Part shown: positions 35,712 to 45,817 of the stretch, in pieces | How the letters are laid out: every line of letters starts with the position of its first letter | Position numbering within the stretch: the stretch's first letter is position 1 | Assembly: GCA_044892505.1 (NCBI GenBank) | Contig: CM097883.1 | Span: 77,562,001-77,626,000, forward strand | DNA: 64,000 bases | DNA from: Schmidtea nova | Taxonomy: Eukaryota | Reading direction: 5' to 3' | Made by a program: the position numbers and the translations under genes | Notes under the pieces: model-generated | Seen by the model: only the letters and a program-made list of their open reading frames with translations | Told to the model about the DNA's origin: nothing | Databases searched by the model: none

Positions 35712-37925
35712 TTACTTATTTAACTTGCAATCATTTAATATAATTTCTCGATACACACTTTCAACCGTATCTTGGCTAAAATGAAACAGATAATCAATTT
35801 TGTTATTGAAATAATTCGTTAGTTTAATTTCCTCTGAATATAACTTCGTTTGAGCTTCCTCGACAATTCTTTTTGATACGTAAATTCCTTTATAATTTGT
35901 TTCATATACTGTTTGTCCACACTTGGTATTTATACCTTTTCTGAGAAATCTCATCCCATCATTCGGGGATATTGCCATTAATACCGTTGGAGTATCCTTC
36001 ATTCGCAAAGGAGTAATTCTAATCGTTGTATTCATCACTGAATTTAGAATTGTACTTTCTGGTCTCTCTTGAATTTGCTCTCCTGTTATCTCTTTGAAAG
36101 GCATCGATTTTAAATGCGCTAAGTTACACTTTTTCACATTCACGTCGTACACTAAAATTGATTCACCTGTATTACAACTGGTTTCTCTCATATTGCAAAA
36201 TGGATGCGTTTGTAATTTTCCCGTGTCATCATCGAACGATCCATCAAAATATCTCAATTCTGATTCGTACTCTTCTATAACAACGACTTTATCAATAACC
36301 TGTTCACCCACCTTGTGCGATTCACCTTCGCAATCACCATTTGCTTTGATCACCCCTTTTATTGCAATTGTTTCGCGAATTTTGTGATTCAATTTCGCTT
36401 TTAACTTAATTTCCGCATTTATTTTTAATTCTCCTGTTTGAAACGCAGCTAAACAGTTTTCGCGAGTTATCTCAATTACTCTAGGGATTGAATGCATTTT
36501 TATTAACGACGAATGACTCCATTTGCCACAATAAAATGTAAATGTGGTCCTTTTTGCCGTACATTCTCTCACTTTTACTCGTCTAAATCCTGATTCTTGA
36601 TAAACATGATATTTCATCTCACTTGCCCATTTTAAATTTCTCGGATATGCATCCAGACATTCAGCTACATCTACTAGCGAGTATACTTTTCCCATTTCTG
36701 TTTGAGAACAATCATAAGCTACCAATGACGTTGTAGTATTGATAAATCCTAATATTATGATAATAAACATAGATACCCATGGAACTATCATTTTCCCTTT
36801 TTTTGGCTCATACACCCTTTCCAAATTTTCTGGTTTTGGTGTCAAATTTTTCCATCCACCATTACCCTTGATCCAACTATTCACATACGTATTTACCACT
36901 TTTGCTGCTTGTTCAATCCACTTTTCCGATTCATCAGATTCCAGCCAACTGTAGATACCAATTTCGAAAACAATATAAGCAAGGACTGATAATACCACAT
37001 CTTTATTCAAACCGTTTTTAATTAGCTCTTTGATTACTGTTTCGTCGCAAAATATGTCTTCTTTACTAATATTTTTAAGTGCTACAGGAAGTCGTCCTTT
37101 CAGTTCTCTGGCAAGTTGTTGTATGAATTCATCGTTACATATATTCTTTTCATCCAGTGCATATAATTCCGATGCCAACCCTTTAAGAATTAATTTTGTT
37201 TGCTTTACCTCATTTAAGTCTAATTTTTCCACATCACTGGACTCCGTTTTATCTAGATCGTTTAGTTCCTCTTTATTGTTTAACTTGTATTTTCTTCGCT
37301 TCCGGTTGTTCGATTGACCACCGTCTTCTGTTTCTACAAAATTCGATTCGCATTTCATTCTCTCTGCAATTAACATCTCTTCAATTACATTGCTAATCTC
37401 TTGATTTACTGCACAAATTTTATCTGCTTCATTACTAATATTCTCGTTTTGCACTTCACTCAAATCTGTTTGTTTTGATTCGCACTCGTCACACTCGGCT
37501 TCTCTTGGTTCCTCCGTTAATTTGCTTTTGTAATTTTCACACTCGTTTTCGTTCGGTTCCTCAGATAATTCTGTTTTGATCACAGTATTGTTATCATCTT
37601 CTTTTACGATAAAGGGCCAATGAGTTCCATCCTCATAAATATTCATTTGTGTTGTGGCATAGACATTATTTATATAGTTCGGGCTGCCTCCGCAATTGAC
37701 AAAATATTCGTCATCATCTAATTCCACTCCTTTGAAAATCAGTATGATGATTCCATCGGTGCCCAATGTTTCTGCAGCTTTCCGTCGTAATTTCGCCACC
37801 TTTATGCTCCAGTGCTCTTGTAGGTATTCTACTTTTCCATTCATATTTAGAGCTATTACTAAGGATTTTGAAGTATGATCTGATACTCGGTAACCATGAC
37901 CTAGCATTCGTATTACTTCCTTCAA
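35712..37925 (-). CDS. Ubiquitin-like + acidic linker + Bcl-2-like + signal/TM + chuvirus-G-like glycoprotein N-half
   Basis: LIFKGVELDD (Ubl); ELIKNGLN...WIKGNGGW (BH1/BH2-like); hydrophobic MIVPWVSMFIIIILGFI; VAYDC..YSLVDVAEC glycoprotein start. In frame with gag (one TAA at 37989-37991) and with pol (one TAA at 35712-35714). Confidence 0.85.
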   Translation of the reverse strand: MKEVIRMLGHGYRVSDHTSKSLVIALNMNGKVEYLQEHWSIKVAKLRRKAAETLGTDGIIILIFKGVELDDDEYFVNCGGSPNYINNVYATTQMNIYEDGTHWPFIVKEDDNNTVIKTELSEEPNENECENYKSKLTEEPREAECDECESKQTDLSEVQNENISNEADKICAVNQEISNVIEEMLIAERMKCESNFVETEDGGQSNNRKRRKYKLNNKEELNDLDKTESSDVEKLDLNEVKQTKLILKGLASELYALDEKNICNDEFIQQLARELKGRLPVALKNISKEDIFCDETVIKELIKNGLNKDVVLSVLAYIVFEIGIYSWLESDESEKWIEQAAKVVNTYVNSWIKGNGGWKNLTPKPENLERVYEPKKGKMIVPWVSMFIIIILGFINTTTSLVAYDCSQTEMGKVYSLVDVAECLDAYPRNLKWASEMKYHVYQESGFRRVKVRECTAKRTTFTFYCGKWSHSSLIKMHSIPRVIEITRENCLAAFQTGELKINAEIKLKAKLNHKIRETIAIKGVIKANGDCEGESHKVGEQVIDKVVVIEEYESELRYFDGSFDDDTGKLQTHPFCNMRETSCNTGESILVYDVNVKKCNLAHLKSMPFKEITGEQIQERPESTILNSVMNTTIRITPLRMKDTPTVLMAISPNDGMRFLRKGINTKCGQTVYETNYKGIYVSKRIVEEAQTKLYSEEIKLTNYFNNKIDYLFHFSQDTVESVYREIILNDCKLNK

Positions 37926-37988
37926 TTTAACTTGATAGTTTGTTGTTTTATGAATATAAGGTAAAATATTTTCAAATAATTGTTCTTT

Positions 37989-39929
37989 TTATTTTTGATC
38001 AATTTCTGAATTCATTATATAATCAAGGCATTTATTAATTTCATCTTCATCTCCGACATATAGCATATCTCGCAGATCCTGTAATTTTTTCTCCCAACTT
38101 TTATCAGCTAAATTTGAATAATTATTGACATTTAAAATTTTTACCTCGTTTTTATATCCAGGAATTAGACCATAATCGACCAAGAATTCCTCATCCGCTA
38201 ATTGACCAATTTGACGTTGTATAAATTTTATTTGTACTTCATTTCCTTGGTATTTTGACATAATAAGCTTTCTCAAATCTTTTATCTGCCCATCTGGTTT
38301 AATAGAAAAGTGAAATTTTACGTCATCTCCATCGGTGGTTTCTACAAAAATATCAGGCAGACCTTTTGTCAATCTCAAAGCTTTTCCAAATATTTTCATC
38401 AGTTTGGCAATTTCATCATCTTGAGATTTATTGTAGAACTTTGAACATAAATTTAAAATATTTTTCAACTTTCTTTGGCTGAGTTGCATTTGAGATAGTT
38501 CGCTAATCCACTCTTTCAATTTTGGATTATTTGTTTCCATCCTCGTATACCATCTTTCTATTTTATTTATCAATAATATAGCTTTTTCGTTTGACAAGTC
38601 GTTTTTCGCTTTATCTCCAAGACTTTCTTTTTCATCGGTTTCTTTTTCGTACACCATACAAGAATCAATTTCCTCATCTGATTCGAATTTTGACATTAGT
38701 TTGTTTAATTTCTGTCTCATTTCCCGGAATTCATTTTCCATTTTCTCCTTAAACTCGTCCTTTTGAGCATAGGCTACATTAGCGTTGGATGATTCATCCT
38801 GAAATCTAATAGATCTCTTCAGTATTGGTCTGCTGAATCTTTCTGCATTCTTTGGGCATGATCGAGCCATGTGGCCATAACCTTTGCATGAATGACATTG
38901 AATTTGTCCATTTGTATTTACTTTATCTCGTTGCGGTGACGGAGATGTTGATGGTGATCGATTTTTAGAAAAGCAATTTCTGCTAATGTGACTCGTTTTC
39001 CCACATCGATAACATTCCAAGTTGCTATTGTTTGGTTTGTTTTCCACAAATATTCTTTTAGGACTACTATTTCTGCCATATTTGAACCAACATTGGTTCG
39101 AATAATGTCCGATTTTTTTGCAGTGCTCGCATACGACACTATTTGATCTCTCGGTTAGCTGGCTACCAAAAGCTGCTTTGTTAGTTTCTATCTTAGTACC
39201 TAATCTGGGAGAACTGATTGTTTGGATTGGTCTCTTGGATTCCCATTGATTTCTGACAGGTGTTATCGACCTTTCTCTCCTTTCAACATTTGCTGCGAAT
39301 GCTTCAGATTTTCTGGTGCTTTTTAAATTCAGTTCAATTTTCATTGCTTTCTTCACAAGTTCATCAAAATTTGCAAAATCTACATAACACAATGCCTTCT
39401 TTATTTCGGGATGAGCTCCAGTTATGAATTGATCTTGAAGCAGTTCTTTAACCTGCTTCACCATATCAACTTGCTCAGGCTTTGCTTCAAAGGCTTTATC
39501 TGCTAAAGTATTTAGATGATATGCAAACTCACTTACCGATTCCGTTGGATTTTGAACTCTGTTGTAAAATCTCTGTCGCATTATCCTTTTGATATCTCCA
39601 CCTACCAATTTCGTTGCCATTGCATCCTTCAATTTGGCCCAATCATTTCCAACTGTCCTTTTGTCCACTTGTTGCCAAGCTTCTCTTGCGGCTCCCTTTA
39701 AGTATAACGGAAATCTTTGTACCATTATTGCTTGTGACCATCCATAAGCTGCGGCATACATATAATAATCTCCCATGAAGTCTGCAAACTCAACCGGATC
39801 TCCACCATACTGATTCACCGGTAATTTTTGACAGCTTGCAAAATCAATCATCTCTCTATTGAGAGGCATAACAGCATTATCATTTGCCATTTGTGTTTGT
39901 TTCATACTTCTGAGGTTATATCGACTCAC
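37989..39929 (-). CDS. gag: Gag (capsid + 3 CCHC zinc knuckles) with a C-terminal ubiquitin-like extension
   Basis: Retrotransposon capsid motifs (FPLYLKGAAREAW, QNPTESVSEFA); CEHCKKIGHYSNQC, CYRCGKTSHISRNC, CHSCKGYGHMARSC; IFVETTDG...QLADEEFLVDYGL. The track start is GTG; first ATG at 39905. Confidence 0.93.
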   Translation of the reverse strand: MSRYNLRSMKQTQMANDNAVMPLNREMIDFASCQKLPVNQYGGDPVEFADFMGDYYMYAAAYGWSQAIMVQRFPLYLKGAAREAWQQVDKRTVGNDWAKLKDAMATKLVGGDIKRIMRQRFYNRVQNPTESVSEFAYHLNTLADKAFEAKPEQVDMVKQVKELLQDQFITGAHPEIKKALCYVDFANFDELVKKAMKIELNLKSTRKSEAFAANVERRERSITPVRNQWESKRPIQTISSPRLGTKIETNKAAFGSQLTERSNSVVCEHCKKIGHYSNQCWFKYGRNSSPKRIFVENKPNNSNLECYRCGKTSHISRNCFSKNRSPSTSPSPQRDKVNTNGQIQCHSCKGYGHMARSCPKNAERFSRPILKRSIRFQDESSNANVAYAQKDEFKEKMENEFREMRQKLNKLMSKFESDEEIDSCMVYEKETDEKESLGDKAKNDLSNEKAILLINKIERWYTRMETNNPKLKEWISELSQMQLSQRKLKNILNLCSKFYNKSQDDEIAKLMKIFGKALRLTKGLPDIFVETTDGDDVKFHFSIKPDGQIKDLRKLIMSKYQGNEVQIKFIQRQIGQLADEEFLVDYGLIPGYKNEVKILNVNNYSNLADKSWEKKLQDLRDMLYVGDEDEINKCLDYIMNSEIDQK

Positions 39930-40083
39930 TTTGATCTAAAATTCAAAATAAAAACAAATTAAATTTACTTGTCCTCAGCCAACTTTCAAACTTTCAAACT
40001 CAACTTCAAATTTTCAATACTTCTCTATCAACTTTATATCGAGTCGCAAATATCTATTTTCAATAATCTTTCACCAACGTTAG

Positions 40084-40101
40084 ATCACGTCGGGCTCACC
40101 A
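40084..40101 (-). other. Primer-binding site, tRNA-Trp type
   Basis: TGGTGAGCCCGACGTGAT; differs at one position from the complement of the common tRNA-Trp 3' end (TGGTGACCCCGACGTGAT). Starts 8 nt from the LTR. Confidence 0.85.
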
Positions 40102-40109
40102 ATAATATA

Positions 40110-41166
40110 TGTTGGGTTTTCTAATAACAAAAGATTGATCGTTGGTTACTCTGACTCCTCGTGTTCAGACAAATCAATAAACTCCGATTTTCCCAACGTA
40201 TATTTGTTATCACACTTTACACTTCTCACTCACAACCAATTTCACAACAATAAATTAATAATCAAACTTTTTCTCTATTCGATCAAGCCTCGCCTCGGAA
40301 GTCTTGACCCTGTGCGATCTGAAAGTAAATATCACCTTTTAATTCCTTTATACGACTCCTTGCCTTCGATTCGATGTGTTTGACTATTTTGAATTTAATT
40401 CACTCAACTCTTTGATTCACTTTTGATATCCTTTAATTTTCTTGATCTGACTTCTTTGATTCCTTAATTTTCCACTTCTCCCAATTTCACTTCTTCTCAC
40501 AATCTCCAAAACCTATTGTCGATTTCTTCTGCCCTACCTAAGGCTAACGCCGAATTTTCTGAATTTGGAGTCTCCTTATATACTCCAATAATCATTTTGA
40601 TTACCAGCGGTTTCCTTTGATATTATGATAAAATAACTGTAATTAATCACTTCTACCGTTCCTTCATGTTATTTCCGATCTTATTTTATTTACCCTCACT
40701 TATCCTGTTGATTCCATAATAGTTCTCTAAAAGTTAAACTGTTTATTTTTCTCGATTGCCGCGCTCGGTTGTTAAAATAATGTCTCTCCAAAAGTCGTTT
40801 TGTTTGTTTTGATAATCGTTCTCCAACGTTCAGTTTGTTTATTTTCCCTAATACCCGTGCTCGAGGTTTCTTCATCTCTCGGGTTCTCCATTGGCTCGGA
40901 CTTCCCATTAGCCCGGGTTTTCCATTAGCCAATTAATTAATTAATTAATGATTTCTGTTTTAACCTTTTTTACCTATTTTCAACCCTTTCAAGACCTTTT
41001 CTGACAATTTCTTGCTCACTATCTTCTTCGCCAATCCCTGATCTACACCTATTCCGTTTTCCAGCTTCGATTTCGATTCTCTTTCGTTTCGTTTCACTTC
41101 AATTTTCTTTTGATTCAAAATAATTCTAATTTAATTTAAGATAATTTTAATTTAACCACCTCAACA
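40110..41166 (-). repeat. Element 1 5' LTR
   Basis: Direct repeat of 26820-27876, TGTTG...CAACA. Confidence 0.97.
40575..40583 (-). promoter_or_regulatory. TATA box in the element 1 5' LTR
   Basis: GTATATAAG on the minus strand; the same motif sits at equivalent positions in the solo LTR (11033) and the element 2 LTR (54291). Confidence 0.6.
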
Positions 41167-41645
41167 TATTTACCCTAGTAAAATTAATTAAAAAATTTCA
41201 AAATGCATGTAGATATTGCATTTTGTATGTTTATTTTAGGAATAAATAATTTTATCATCAAAGCCTCACAATTCACATGTTCATAATAATTTTTAAAACC
41301 CCGATAAAGTATTTTGAAATTGGAAATATAAATGGTCTTTTTGCAAGTCTTCTTATGCTCAATAATTTTACTCTTCTCTTGAACTCGTGTACAGGGATGA
41401 CATGCAGTCTCTCCAATGTATGTGACATTACACTCATTACAAATAAGGATGTTAATATCGTTTTTTGGCAAACCGATTATCGTTTCAATAAAACCGACTT
41501 TAAACCGATTATTGTTTTTATCGTCATAGAAAAATATAATTATTTGTATTTAGGGCTTTGAGTATTTTGCCGCTTGAATGAGCAGTGGGTCACCTACTCG
41601 ATAAAAAAATATTCGTATATTAAAAAAGTAAATAAGTCAAATAAG

Positions 41646-43261
41646 TCAATGAAAAGTTTCGAAAATCCAAAACAACTTTAAATATCTAACAAGTCCTGAT
41701 TTTTGTTCAAAAAAAGTCGTCCATGGCGATTTGATGTAATATTCAAAGTCTGACTCCTTCGCCGCATGCTGTGACGCACTATCACCCAGCAGAAACATAA
41801 CTGCTGCATGATTTGGTCGAGATCGTTTTGTTGGCAGTTCAGACTTGGCACTAGTCGATGGCGGTTCAGAGGCCGGCGTTTGTCTGATAAGATGACGGCC
41901 ATTATCATATGAAAGTTTCTTGAACTTGTCGTCACATCCGGTACATTGGATCAAGAATTGATGCAACGACGTATACATTAGTTGCTGTTTCGTCACGTAT
42001 TAGGTGAAAACGTAGCGAAATATTCTCAGCAACATCTTTCTTGAAATCTCCCAAAATTGTCGATTTTCTTCTTGAATGGTTAGATGATTATGGATGAGAC
42101 CCCATAACATTGGAAAAACACAAGAGGCTGATGGTTGACTTTCGGCTGACACGATGGAAGTCACGATCTGTAATGCTTGCAATACCTGAACTAGTTCAGT
42201 AATCAGTTGCCAATGGTCATCCTTTATTTCCAATGTTTTGGCATCGTTCAATTTCACCACGTTTCTGTCAGAAAGTACTGCCACAACTGGCCATCTCAGT
42301 TCCGAGAGCCGTTTGAACATGTAATATACGCTGTCCCAGTGGGTTTTGCAGTACTGAATCAGTTTGAGCGGTGTCTTGTCTTTGTCCATGGACACCTATC
42401 GTTTCATCAGCTCACCCACTGCCATTGGGCTATGTGAAAAATGTCCAACCAAACGTGATGTAGCAGATATACACTTGGAAATCGGATGATTAATGATAGC
42501 GTATGTGCCCATTGCACTATTAATGCATAGTTGCAATTTATGCGCCACACAGTTGACGTCAAGCCACCCATTAGGTTACAAGCTTCTTTTACATTGGAAG
42601 CACCGTCATGGACGCATGCAACAACTTTACTTTTGATTGACCATTCATCAGCAACACATCCCAGAGTTTCAGCTATGACGACTTGCGTGTGGCGCTCATT
42701 CATCAGAACTGTGGCAAGAACAGGCGTTTTCATAGTCCAGTCTTGATCAATGTAGCTTACGGTGAAGCTTAGATAAGCTTCATTAGTGATACTCGTCCAG
42801 ATATCGGTGGTGACAGCTATGTCTTTGACATTTGTTTCTATGTGTGTAAACATCTTCTCCATAAGCTGCTTCTTCATTCCTGTCATTCGTAATGTCATCT
42901 TCTGACGACATGGAGGTTTGTATTGTAGTTCTATCAATTCCATCAAAACACGGAAGGATGGTGATTCCACGATCTAAATTGATAGCATATTCTCAGCGAT
43001 GAATTTGGCTAAAGCAGCGGTAATTTTCTCCTGCTGACTGTCAGGGCATTTTCGTTGTTTTCCAGTGAATGCTGCAACTCGCGGCTGAACATTTGAGGGA
43101 GCCGCTAATCCAGGATGCTTGGTACGCAAGTGCGCATGTAAACCAGTTGCAGTGCCACTGCTGCGACGTATTTGTTGAAAACATAGTTTACAATACACCA
43201 TCATCGACGAAACTTTTTCAAAGTTGTCCCACACATCAGATTTATTAATACGACCACCCAT
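41646..43261 (-). pseudogene. ZBED1/Ac-like hAT transposase, fragmented
   Basis: BED finger VWDNF..VYCKLC..LHAHLRTKH; AVTTDIWTS; VHDGASNV; YCKTHWDSVYYMFKRL; stops and frameshifts. Confidence 0.9.
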
Positions 43262-43771
43262 AGTTTTAAATTCAAATTTTTAATTTATATAAGTTTTTAT
43301 TTTAAAATTGTTTAATGTTGTATTGATTTTCGCTGTAACAATATATTTATGACTGACTATAACTAATGTACTTTACGAGCGATTATATCACATAATAATA
43401 ACTGGACTAGAGAATGCGGTCATATAATAGATTTAGCTTCTTTATACTAAGTGATTGTCCAATATCTAGTATCTTGAGTATTATGAGTGGGAGTATTTTT
43501 GACAATATTCTGCGACTATTGGATCTGGGTCATCCACTGTCTCACATTCTGCAGATGCTTGCAGCCGACAGTCTATTTCTTAGAATTCAACCAAATTAAC
43601 TTGCCACTGGCGACTTATCCTAATAGTAGGCTGTGGGAGGTAACTCAACTGTCAATTTGTCACTGTTAGGGCACAGCAATTAAATTTGTTCTAGTTTCAG
43701 GGTATGTAGAAAATCTCGGTAACAGCTTTATTCCTTAAAATTGAGAAACGCAGCAGACGATGCCTTTAAAC

Positions 43772-45754
43772 CAGCGATGCCCAAACTTATTTTTCCGTGG
43801 GCCAAAAAAATTATTTTACAGAACTTGGCGGGCCAAATTTTTTAAAAAATATAAAAAAGGAAATACATAAACAATGAAAATTATAAACTTTTATTNNNNN
43901 NNNNNNNNNNNNNNNNNNNNNNNNNNNNNNNNNNNNNNNNNNNNNNNNNNNNNNNNNNNNNNNNNNNNNNNNNNNNNNNNNNNNNNNNNNNNNNNNNNNN
44001 NNNNNNNNNNNNNNNNNNNNNNNNNNNNNNNNNNNNNNNNNNNNNNNNNNNNNNNNTAAAATATTATAAAAAGTATTAAGTTATCAATGTGATGGATGAT
44101 GTTGAAGTGATGAAGCCAATTCTGTAATTTTTGGTTCAATTTTGGAAGTGGAAATTCTTAAAATGTCCTGCAAATGTCTATCTAATAATTTATTTCTATT
44201 ATTATATTTTGTATACTTCATTTTTGAATAAGTTTGTTCCACTATATATGTGCTACCAAAAATTGAGAACATTCTGGATGCAAATATACTTAGATTTGGA
44301 AAATCTTCTTTTGATAGTTCTTTATAAAATTCCAGTAAGGTTTTTTCTATGAACCACACTTTTAAGTTGTTGGTACTTTGCAACTGACAAAGTTCAAGCT
44401 GCAAATCTGGAACAGCTTCATCCACGTCATATGTAAAAGAATTTTCAGAGTCTTATTTCAGATGAAATATTATCGAAATCCGAAAATCTTTCTTCCATAT
44501 TTTTTATCAAAATTTTTATTGTATCATAAAATATTTCATTTGGAGTATTAGTTTGTAATTCACCAGATTTTTTTAAATGTTCACATAATTTGAAATGTTG
44601 GAAATTATTTTTAGATACCTGTCGATAAAGGAGTTTTAATGTCGTTGCAAAACTTTGTACATTTGTATAAAGTTCGCTGACCAATTTCATATTTCCTTGC
44701 ATTTTATTGATATATTTATTCATTTGATCAACCAAATTCGTTAGAAATGCAAGTTTCCACAACCAAACTTCATTTTCAAGTTCAGGAATTACATGTTTTT
44801 TTATTACAAAATGATATAATTTCTTTTCGTAGGTTAAAAAACCTAGTTAGAACTTTACCTTTACTTAGCCATCTAACTTCAGCGAAATATATTACATCAT
44901 CCCAATCAGCATCAGTTTCATCCAAAAATTTACGAAATTCTCGAAGGTTAAGTTTATTATTCCGTATGAAATTAACAGTAGAAATTTCTGTTTTCAAAAC
45001 ATCTTCAAACTTCAAGGTTTTTGCCAATAAATTGTATTGATGTATAATACAATGCAAATATAAAGGGGTTTTCAACCCTAAGGAAACCATTTTTTTTCAT
45101 TAATTTTTCCTCTGAATCCAATATTATCTCCAGTCATACATCGCGCATCATCTTTAGTGACATTAAATAATTTATCCCAATTTAATTGCAGCTTATCAAA
45201 ACACATTTCCATACTATCAAATATATATTGTCCTGTTTTTGATCCATATAAGGAAGAAAGTGCCGCTAGCTCTGCTGTAACATTGAAATCGGAATCTACA
45301 CCTCTTATAAAAATAAGTAATTGCGCTGTATCTACTACATCTGTGCTCTCATCCAAAGCAATAGAAAAATATTGAAATTTTTGAATTCGCTTCTTAAGTT
45401 GTATATTAATTATTTTCAGAAATTTGTTCTATTCGTCTTGTTACGGTATTTCTTGAAAGTGATATATTTTTAAAAAGCTGAACTTTTTCGGGAAGAATAG
45501 AAGAAACCGCATCAATAATGCAACATTTGATAAACTCGCCGTCTTTAAATGGTCTACCCGAAGCAGCTATACGGAGAGAAATTTTAAATTCGGCTGTAAC
45601 ACTAGCCAAATTCTCATCATTTATTCTGTTGAACATATTTTGTTGCATCGACAGCGAATTTGTAAGCTCATTCAGTTTTTCAATTCGCTCATCTTGAGCA
45701 AGCGCATTCAGGCTTTTATGATGCGTCTTATTATGTTATTAAATGTTTTATTAT

Positions 45755-45817
<63 letters not shown>

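Larger units (their letters stand above)
26820..41166 (-). mobile_element. Element 1: full-length 14.3-kb Ty3/Gypsy-type LTR retroelement with internal glycoprotein and accessory ORFs
   Basis: Two 1057-bp LTRs (TGTTG...CAACA), TSD TATT (26816-19 and 41167-70), PBS, PPT, gag with three CCHC knuckles, and PR-RT-RH-INT order. Confidence 0.97.

Noticed and set aside
29906-37925. Interpretation as an endogenous RNA-virus (chuvirus) genome insertion
   Set aside because: No L polymerase or nucleoprotein; the glycoprotein is in frame with retroelement Gag and Pol in two independent elements.
38400-38620. Helical segment before Ubl1 as a possible death-fold (CARD/DED) domain
   Set aside because: Suggested only by proximity to the Bcl-2-like domain; no sequence signature.
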